Positions 57,335-64,000 of a stretch of 64,000 nucleotides of DNA are shown here, one piece after another. Under the pieces are notes generated by a model. That model saw only the letters and a program-made list of their open reading frames with translations. It searched no databases and was not told the origin of the DNA. The DNA is from Bacteroidota bacterium (GTDB taxonomy: Bacteria; Bacteroidota; Bacteroidia; Chitinophagales; Chitinophagaceae): the NCBI GenBank assembly GCA_039795345.1, contig JBDKEH010000022.1, positions 24,992-88,991 on the forward strand, in the 5' to 3' direction. The position numbers and the translations under genes are program-made. Positions within the stretch are counted from its first letter, which is position 1, and each line of letters opens with the position of its first letter.

Positions 57335-58657
57335 TTATTCCCAAATCTCACCTTTCCCTTCCAACCACTCTTTCACTGCTTCTGTTGTTACAGATTTAGG
57401 TCTTTCGATCGGTAGTCCGAGTGCTCTGTCCCAACATAAGCTGGCCAATACACCCAGTGCTCTACTGACAGCGAATAACACTGTATAGAACTCATATTCC
57501 ACCAATCCATAGTGAACCAATAATGCACCACTATGTGCATCTACATTCGGCCATGGATTTTTTACTTTTCCAAGTGATTCCAAAATTGGGGGCACCGTTT
57601 CATACACTTTCCAAACGGTATTTACTAATTTATCATTCGGCATATGTTTTTTACCGAATTCCATTTGTGCGGTGAAACGTGGATCGGTCTTACGTAATAC
57701 AGCGTGACCATAACCAGGTACTACTTTACCACCTGCCAATGTTTTTTGAACATAATCAGCGATCTGTTCTTTGGTAGGCTCATCTGTTCCCAGTTGCTCC
57801 TGCATTTCAAAGATCCATTTGATCACTTCTTGATTTGCCAGTCCATGTAACGGACCTGCCAATCCATTCATACCGGCAGCATAGCTCAAATATGGATCGC
57901 TTAGTGCAGAACCTACTAAGTGTGTAGTATGTGCAGATACGTTACCTCCTTCATGATCGGCGTGAATGGTCATGTATAAACGCATCAATTCTTTGAAGCT
58001 TTCATCATCATAACCCATCATATGCGCAAGATTACCGGCCCAGTCTAACAAACCATTTGGATGAATGTGTTCATTATTCTTGTACTTACGGCGATAGATA
58101 TATGCAGCAATGCGAGGTAAACGTGCGATCAGATCCATCGCATCATCATACACCGGATTCCAATATTCTTTTTTATTGATTCCTTTCGCATACTCCTTTG
58201 CAAAATTGCTTTCAGTTTGAAGTGCCATCACACCTGTTACGAACATAGTCATAGGGTGTGTATTAATCGGCAATGCATCAATCGTTTGGAATACGTGATT
58301 AGGAACATGACTACGACGCTGCCATACGCTGGTGATATGATTAGCATCTTCCTCCGTTGGTAATTCACCTACTAACATCAGATAAAATAAACCTTCCGGC
58401 AAAGGCTCTCCGCCTCCCGGTGCTTTTGGCAGTTTTTCCTGTAACTCAGGAATGGAATACCCTCTGAAGCGAATACCTTCCTGAGCATCCAATAAACTTG
58501 TTTCTGTTACTAAACCGGTGATTCCTCTCATACCCTGATAAGCCTGTGCGAGTGTTACTTCACCGATTTTTTTATTTCCGTGTGTTTTGAGGATGTCTTT
58601 TATCTCAGCATTTGCAGCATCTGCTTTTGCCTTGAAACGATCTTTAATAATTCCCAT
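57335..58657 (-). CDS. gltA: Citrate synthase (eukaryotic/mitochondrial-like type, 440 aa)
   Basis: GMRG, HADHEGGNVSAHT, GPLHGLANQEV and GYGHAVLR catalytic blocks. Confidence 0.95.
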   Translation of the reverse strand: MGIIKDRFKAKADAANAEIKDILKTHGNKKIGEVTLAQAYQGMRGITGLVTETSLLDAQEGIRFRGYSIPELQEKLPKAPGGGEPLPEGLFYLMLVGELPTEEDANHITSVWQRRSHVPNHVFQTIDALPINTHPMTMFVTGVMALQTESNFAKEYAKGINKKEYWNPVYDDAMDLIARLPRIAAYIYRRKYKNNEHIHPNGLLDWAGNLAHMMGYDDESFKELMRLYMTIHADHEGGNVSAHTTHLVGSALSDPYLSYAAGMNGLAGPLHGLANQEVIKWIFEMQEQLGTDEPTKEQIADYVQKTLAGGKVVPGYGHAVLRKTDPRFTAQMEFGKKHMPNDKLVNTVWKVYETVPPILESLGKVKNPWPNVDAHSGALLVHYGLVEYEFYTVLFAVSRALGVLASLCWDRALGLPIERPKSVTTEAVKEWLEGKGEIWE

Positions 58658-58798
58658 GTCGTAAAATTTTAGCTATGGCAAACGTTATAAAAATGAATAA
58701 AAAGTCTTGTTAGATTGCGTCTGGGAGCGCTAAAGGTAAAACAAGTTGCTATGCTCAACAAAAGTTATGCCATGAAGGTTGTGTAAACTCCGTTAAAA

Positions 58799-59890
58799 TC
58801 ATTTAGGAGCCCTTTTATAGAGCAAAATCACTACAAAAATGAAGATCAAGTTGGGGATCCATGCCGCCAATAATGGGGGTAGATCTCCTTTGGTTGAGAA
58901 AATGGTTGAGAACCTGTCGGTAAGAATAAAAAGGGCTGCGGTCACAAAACCTACGGCCAAATGAACCCCACTACCACCCCGTACTTTCCTACCGGCTACA
59001 ATAGCACCAATTAGGGTCAGTAATAAAACAGTGATACAAGTTGCATCTCTTCTGTAACGTTCCACTTTTAAACCATTCAAGCCCTCTGAACCTCTTAATT
59101 CTTCCAATTCTATAAACCGGTCAAGCTCGGGTGTGGTAAGTTTGTCTTTTGTATACTTATCCCTGCTAAGATCCAATGGTTTGAAGTTAAAGTCCATGAT
59201 CTTTTCATTGGTCATGGTGATATCTTCTTTCAAATCATAGACTTTTCTGAAAACGATTGATTCCAATTTCCATTTTTTGGTAGCGGTATCCCATTGTATC
59301 TGATCAGCACGTGTATTCTCTGTTACTTTCTTATTCTTCACCCGAAAAGAAAAAAACGGGCCTCCTCTTTTGGTGAGTGTGTCATAAGAATAGATCCCAG
59401 CGTAGGTAAAAGAATCCAGACGTAAATAAATATGACTGCTGGTATTCAATAATGCGTTGTAGGTGTTGTTCTTATCAATATAATTGGCTTCAAAACTGCC
59501 GCGTATTTGATTGGCTTTAGGTACTACATATTGATTGGCCAACCAAAGAATACCAGCAAGCAGAAGTCCGCCGATCCAATAAGGTCTTAACCATCTGCTG
59601 TAACTGGTACCACTGGCCAGAATAGCAATGATCTCACTTCTATTGGCCATTTTTGAAGTAAAAAAAATGACCGCTATAAAAACAAAGAGCGGTAATAAAA
59701 GTGCAATGATATGTGGAATGAATCCGTAGTAATATTTTGTAACGATCTCTTGAAAACTCAAACCCGAACGTACAAAGTCATCTGTTTTTTCACTTACATC
59801 CACAACAACAGCAATGACCGCAAATAGGAAGATGGAAAAAAAGAAAGTGGTCAAGAACTTACGCAATATGTACCAGTCGAGTTTCTTCAT
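58799..59890 (-). CDS. LptF/LptG-family LPS export permease
   Basis: Start moved to MKKLDWYILRKFLTTFFF (the canonical YjgP/YjgQ start). Six TM helices with a central periplasmic domain. Confidence 0.85.
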   Translation of the reverse strand: MKKLDWYILRKFLTTFFFSIFLFAVIAVVVDVSEKTDDFVRSGLSFQEIVTKYYYGFIPHIIALLLPLFVFIAVIFFTSKMANRSEIIAILASGTSYSRWLRPYWIGGLLLAGILWLANQYVVPKANQIRGSFEANYIDKNNTYNALLNTSSHIYLRLDSFTYAGIYSYDTLTKRGGPFFSFRVKNKKVTENTRADQIQWDTATKKWKLESIVFRKVYDLKEDITMTNEKIMDFNFKPLDLSRDKYTKDKLTTPELDRFIELEELRGSEGLNGLKVERYRRDATCITVLLLTLIGAIVAGRKVRGGSGVHLAVGFVTAALFILTDRFSTIFSTKGDLPPLLAAWIPNLIFIFVVILLYKRAPK

Positions 59891-59964
59891 ATCAGTAAAA
59901 CAAAGATAACGACTCGAGGGAAGCAGCAATCTTTAGATATACTTACAAGATCATTTATACCTGA

Positions 59965-61104
59965 TTACAGTCTTTTTTTAACTTTTTCCACCATTTCTTT
60001 TTTCCAGGAACTAAAATCTCCTGCTAATATGTGCTGTCTGGCCTCTCCTACCAACCAGAGGTAAAAAGAGAGATTCTGTATACTGGCCAATTGCATTCCC
60101 AGAATTTCTTCTGCAACAAATAGATGGCGTAGGTAAGCCTTACTGTAAAACTGACTCATCTCAGTAGGGAGTCCGGGATCAATTGGAGAAAAATCACTTG
60201 CCCATTTTTTATTTCTGATATTGATCACACCCTCTGTGGTAAAGATCATCCCATTTCTTCCGTTACGTGTAGGCATCACACAATCGAACATATCAATACC
60301 GCGGTCGATCCCTTCCAGGATATTCCATGGTGTACCCACTCCCATCAAATAACGTGGCTTATCTACTGGGAGATATTCAGTGCAAAGTTCTGTAAACTCA
60401 TACATCATTTCTTCCGGCTCACCTACACTCAATCCTCCAATAGCATTACCGACAGCATTTTTTGACGCTACATATTCGCATGAAGCTTTTCTAAGATCTT
60501 TGTAAGTACTCCCTTGCACTATGGGAAACAAGTTCTGTGTATACCCATATTTATCAGGTGTTTCAGCCAATCTGGCAAAACAGCGATCTAACCAACGATG
60601 GGTCAGTTCCATGCTTTTTAATGCATACCCATATTCACTTGGATAAGGCGGACATTCATCGAAGGCCATGATGATATCAGCTCCGATACTACGTTGAATA
60701 TCCATCACAGATTCGGGTGTAAACAAATGCCTACTTCCATCAATATGAGATTGAAACATCACTCCTTCCTCTTTGATCTTGCGGTTAGCAGCTAAAGAGA
60801 ACACCTGATAACCACCGCTGTCGGTGAGAATGGGGCGATCCCAGCCATTGAACCGATGCAATCCGCCCGCAGCTTCCAGCACTTCTGTACCGGGTCGTAA
60901 ATAGAGATGATAGGTATTTCCCAGAATGATCTGAGCAGCAATATCTTGTTTGAGTTGTTGTTGAGTCACGGCTTTTACCGTACCCACCGTACCTACCGGC
61001 ATGAAAATAGGTGTCATGATCTCCCCATGATCAGTCGTTATTTTACCTGCTCTTGCTCTGCTGTTCTCTGCTGTTGCCTGTAGATCAAATGTCAATGCCG
61101 CCAT
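59965..61104 (-). CDS. tgt: tRNA-guanosine(34) transglycosylase (queuine tRNA-ribosyltransferase)
   Basis: Start moved to MAALTFDL. TPIFMPVGT, LTDSGGYQ and GLSVGE blocks. Confidence 0.9.
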   Translation of the reverse strand: MAALTFDLQATAENSRARAGKITTDHGEIMTPIFMPVGTVGTVKAVTQQQLKQDIAAQIILGNTYHLYLRPGTEVLEAAGGLHRFNGWDRPILTDSGGYQVFSLAANRKIKEEGVMFQSHIDGSRHLFTPESVMDIQRSIGADIIMAFDECPPYPSEYGYALKSMELTHRWLDRCFARLAETPDKYGYTQNLFPIVQGSTYKDLRKASCEYVASKNAVGNAIGGLSVGEPEEMMYEFTELCTEYLPVDKPRYLMGVGTPWNILEGIDRGIDMFDCVMPTRNGRNGMIFTTEGVINIRNKKWASDFSPIDPGLPTEMSQFYSKAYLRHLFVAEEILGMQLASIQNLSFYLWLVGEARQHILAGDFSSWKKEMVEKVKKRL

Positions 61105-61124
61105 CCGGCAAAAATACAGAAACA

Positions 61125-61202
61125 ATGTCTGATCTCAGATGGCAGATGTCAGATGTAAAAACAATCAAACAAATTTGACATCTGCCATCTGAGATCAGAC
61201 AT
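61125..61202. repeat. Perfect 27-bp-stem hairpin built from ATGTCAG-type heptamers, between divergent gene starts
   Basis: 61125-61151 (ATGTCTG ATCTCAG ATGGCAG ATGTCA) is the exact reverse complement of 61176-61202, with a 24-nt loop. It lies 21 nt from the tgt ATG and 70 nt from the GT2 ATG. Confidence 0.9.
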
Positions 61203-61271
61203 CCTGAACATTGTTTTCCACATCTTCACAAGCCAATCAAACATAGACTGTTGAAGCACTATTTTTGCGGG

Positions 61272-62396
61272 ATGACGATACCAACTCTGCTCTGGGACAT
61301 TTGTTTCTACGCATTCTGTGGCATCATTGCCATTCAGCTGTTTTATTATCTCTATTTTTTTCAGCGATTGGCTTTTTTCAAAGCACCTGACAGAACTTCC
61401 AATATGGAGCATCCGGTATCGGTGGTGATCTGTGCGAGAGATGAAGCCCATAATCTGGTAAAAACATTACCGGGTGTTTTGGTACAACAATACCGTACCA
61501 CACATGAAGTCGTTTTAGTAAATGATAATTCTACAGATGATACTAAATACCTGGTTGATGAATTCAAGAAGATGTTCAAAAACATCAACTACATCGAACT
61601 CACACAAGAAGCTAAAATGATCAGTGGCAAGAAGTTTCCATTATCGATGGGAATCAAAAGTGCTAGATATGAAATTCTTTTGTTGACAGATGCCGATTGT
61701 GTTCCTGCATCAGAACATTGGATTCAGCGCATGCAAGAATGTTACAATGAAGAAACTGAGATCGTTTTAGGATATGGGGCTTATCATAAAAAACCCGGCA
61801 TCTTGAATAAGCTCATTCGCTTTGAAACGTTTCATACAGCCATACAATATCTGTCTTATGCATTGGCTGGTATTCCGTATATGGGTGTTGGCAGAAATCT
61901 GAGTTATAAAAAAGATGTATTTCTGAGAAATAAAGGCTTTTCTTCTATTAATCAGATACCTAGCGGTGATGATGACCTGTTCATCAATCAGGTCGCCAGA
62001 AAAGGCAATACTACGATTTGTATTGACCAAGAAGCGCATACACTCAGTGAACCCAAAACACGCTGGAGCGATTGGATGACACAGAAGTACCGTCATTACA
62101 CTACAAGTAATTATTATAAATCAAGTCATAAGTTTTTACTGGCTTTATATTCTTTTTCTTTATTCTGGCTCTATCCATTATTAGCCGTATCGATCATTTT
62201 TTATAACTGGTGGATGGCACTGGCTGTATTTGGTGTTCGTTTCTTGATACAGGCCGTAGTGCTGTATAAGTCGATGAAGAAACTAAATGAAAAAGACCTG
62301 TGGCCTTGGTTTTTATTTTTTGATATCTGGATGTTCTTTTATTTCATCTTTACTGTTCCCGCTATATGGAAAGCACCCCGCAAAAACTGGGATTGA
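61272..62396 (+). CDS. Glycosyltransferase family 2, membrane-anchored
   Basis: VSVVICARDEA, LLTDADC (DxD) and C-terminal TM helices. ATG at 61272; the track uses TTG at 61251. Confidence 0.8.
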   Translation: MTIPTLLWDICFYAFCGIIAIQLFYYLYFFQRLAFFKAPDRTSNMEHPVSVVICARDEAHNLVKTLPGVLVQQYRTTHEVVLVNDNSTDDTKYLVDEFKKMFKNINYIELTQEAKMISGKKFPLSMGIKSARYEILLLTDADCVPASEHWIQRMQECYNEETEIVLGYGAYHKKPGILNKLIRFETFHTAIQYLSYALAGIPYMGVGRNLSYKKDVFLRNKGFSSINQIPSGDDDLFINQVARKGNTTICIDQEAHTLSEPKTRWSDWMTQKYRHYTTSNYYKSSHKFLLALYSFSLFWLYPLLAVSIIFYNWWMALAVFGVRFLIQAVVLYKSMKKLNEKDLWPWFLFFDIWMFFYFIFTVPAIWKAPRKNWD

Positions 62397-63010
62397 TCCT
62401 GAAATACTTCGATGATTTCACCCCGCATCAAATCAAACAGTTTGAAGCGTTGGAAGAATTGTATAAAGAATGGAATGCGAAGATTAATGTGATCTCCCGC
62501 AAAGACATTGACAGTATTTATCTGCACCACGTATTACACTCTTTAAGCATCGCCGCTATTGCTGATTTCCAGCCCGGCACTGAAGTAGTGGATATCGGCT
62601 GTGGTGGCGGGTTTCCGGGTGTTCCATTAGCTATATTTTTTCCTGAAGTGAAGTTTCATTTGGTAGATAGTATCGCTAAAAAATTAAAAGTAGTTGAAGC
62701 CGTTGCCGAAGGTGCAGGCATCAAAAATATTACCACACAACATACACGTGCGGAAGAGATCAAAAACAGAAAATTTGATTTTGCTGTTTCACGCGCTGTT
62801 GCTCCATTGAAAGATCTCTGGCAATGGGCAGGACCTTTATTAAGAAAAGGTCATAAACAGGAAATGGCCAATGGATTGATCTGTTTAAAAGGCGGAGATC
62901 TGGCGCAAGAAATATTTGAAAGCGGATTGAGACCTAAAATGATGCCCGTAGATAAGATTTTCCCTGAGGAATATTTTGATGAGAAGTATATTTTACATGT
63001 GGCCAAATAA
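62366..63010 (+). CDS. rsmG: 16S rRNA (guanine527-N7)-methyltransferase
   Basis: GidB family: NLTS-like INVISRK, DIGCGGGFPGVPLAI. It overlaps the GT2 gene by 31 nt. Confidence 0.85.
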   Translation: MESTPQKLGLILKYFDDFTPHQIKQFEALEELYKEWNAKINVISRKDIDSIYLHHVLHSLSIAAIADFQPGTEVVDIGCGGGFPGVPLAIFFPEVKFHLVDSIAKKLKVVEAVAEGAGIKNITTQHTRAEEIKNRKFDFAVSRAVAPLKDLWQWAGPLLRKGHKQEMANGLICLKGGDLAQEIFESGLRPKMMPVDKIFPEEYFDEKYILHVAK

Positions 63011-63076
63011 AAAACGCTACACGATCATTTTTCACCGCTAAGAATAGGAGAACACAAAAATTTCGCAGAAGGAAAT

Positions 63077-64000
63077 TTAGGAATGATACAACTGCTGTAT
63101 CTTCTTCCTGTTTCCTACGATCCAAACAATATCATCCCATTCTAATTGTGTGAATGATGAAGGATTGAGAATACGTTCTCCTTTTCTTTCAATACCCACT
63201 ACCAATCCATTGGTTTTTTCACGGATACCTGATTCTCGAATGGTCAACCCTTTTAATCGTGTATGTTCATCTACAACGATCTTTTCTAATTCAACCAACT
63301 CTTTTTCAGTATCTACATCTTCCACATACGGCACCATGATCTTTCCGAATTCCAACATTTGCTGATCGGTTCCGATGACGCCAATATTATCAAACGGAAA
63401 TATTTTTTCTGCACGGGCAGGTGCAAACATGACTTTATTGCCTCGCTCAATAAATGCTACATTGATCCCATAACTTTCACGCCACTGCAATTCTTCCAGT
63501 GTTTTACCAATAAAACCTGCATGTGGACTGATCTTGTAATGGGTCAAGTGGGCATCCCAAGGAGACAGATGACTTTGTGTTTTGTTTTGCTCTAACAACT
63601 CACGTTCGTGCAGATTTTGTAAAAAACGATCTTCCAGTCGCTGATAAAATTTTTGTAAGCGCTGACGAAAAACAACACCGATCACCAGCATAGCCACCAA
63701 TGTGCCACCCACAGCAATCCAAAAACTAAAAAGTTGACGAAGCATAAAACCTACTAATAGCACTGCAATGGCATTTCGTGCGATCTCCAGCATCACCAAT
63801 GGACCATGACTATATTTTCTGTCTAACCATAAAGCCGCATAAGCGCTCTTACTCATTTTCTTAACGGTCAATGCCCAGATAAAAGGAGCCATTACTATTA
63901 AACCAATGAATGCTGCAATGATCTTTGCAGTTAATGGATCTGTTATTGATTTTTGTAAGAAAGGTTCAAGAAAATACGCTACCAATAAACTCAATGCGAT
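63077..64000 (-). CDS. Cation:proton antiporter-type membrane protein, C-terminal part with two RCK_C (TrkA-C) domains (5' end beyond window)
   Basis: TM helices at the window edge, then two TrkA-C-like repeats (GKTLEELQWRESYGINVAFIERG... and GLTIRESGIREKTNGLVVGIERKG...). The ORF is open to the window end. Confidence 0.7.
   Translation of the reverse strand: MALSLLVAYFLEPFLQKSITDPLTAKIIAAFIGLIVMAPFIWALTVKKMSKSAYAALWLDRKYSHGPLVMLEIARNAIAVLLVGFMLRQLFSFWIAVGGTLVAMLVIGVVFRQRLQKFYQRLEDRFLQNLHERELLEQNKTQSHLSPWDAHLTHYKISPHAGFIGKTLEELQWRESYGINVAFIERGNKVMFAPARAEKIFPFDNIGVIGTDQQMLEFGKIMVPYVEDVDTEKELVELEKIVVDEHTRLKGLTIRESGIREKTNGLVVGIERKGERILNPSSFTQLEWDDIVWIVGNRKKIQQLYHS

Noticed and set aside
61149-61451. 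100-aa minus-strand ORF (contains MSDLRWQMSNL) across the 27-bp hairpin
   Set aside because: It is translated from hairpin and loop sequence and overlaps the 5' end of the GT2 gene on the opposite strand. It has no domain signal.

Overview
This 64-kb window reads as densely packed core chromosome of a Bacteroidota organism, probably Chitinophagia or Sphingobacteriia-like. Supporting signs are TAnnTTTG -7 promoter boxes, mitochondrial-type aconitase and citrate synthase, LiaF-like and LytS/LytTR modules, and many lipoprotein and outer-membrane genes.

I call 65 protein-coding genes, two of them partial, on both strands. Most are housekeeping: acn, gltA, proS, truB, miaA, cca, tgt, rsmG, prmC, ribD, dapD, cmk, tsaC, fsa, hbd, mrp/apbC, lolE-like, lptF/G, bamA/tamA-like and exbBD. 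There are also several two-component signalling genes. RNA genes are tRNA-Leu(CAG), tRNA-Ala(GGC) and a roughly 95-nt SRP (4.5S) RNA that the ORF track hides under a spurious ORF.

I saw no rRNA, CRISPR array, transposase, integrase, phage genes or recognisable defence or toxin genes. I therefore cannot support a claim of a novel multi-gene system here.

The signals that remain unexplained are:
1. At least seven intergenic elements with unrelated sequences whose arms are all built from 7-8-nt periodic words. Most fold into long, partly perfect hairpins (27-bp and 23-bp stems, and a loop-less 52-nt palindrome). Most sit at gene 3' ends, but one sits between divergent starts.
2. An intact tRNA-Ala flanked by two tRNA-like fragments.
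3. Orphan terminators that suggest small RNAs at about 42.9 kb and 32.0-32.1 kb.
4. A gene pair of a class-I glutamine-amidotransferase fold and a GSP-synthetase-like ATP-grasp ligase, of unknown product.
5. Helically phased direct repeats downstream of an OmpR-type two-component operon.

All functional calls come from motif and family recognition by eye. No database search or folding computation was run.
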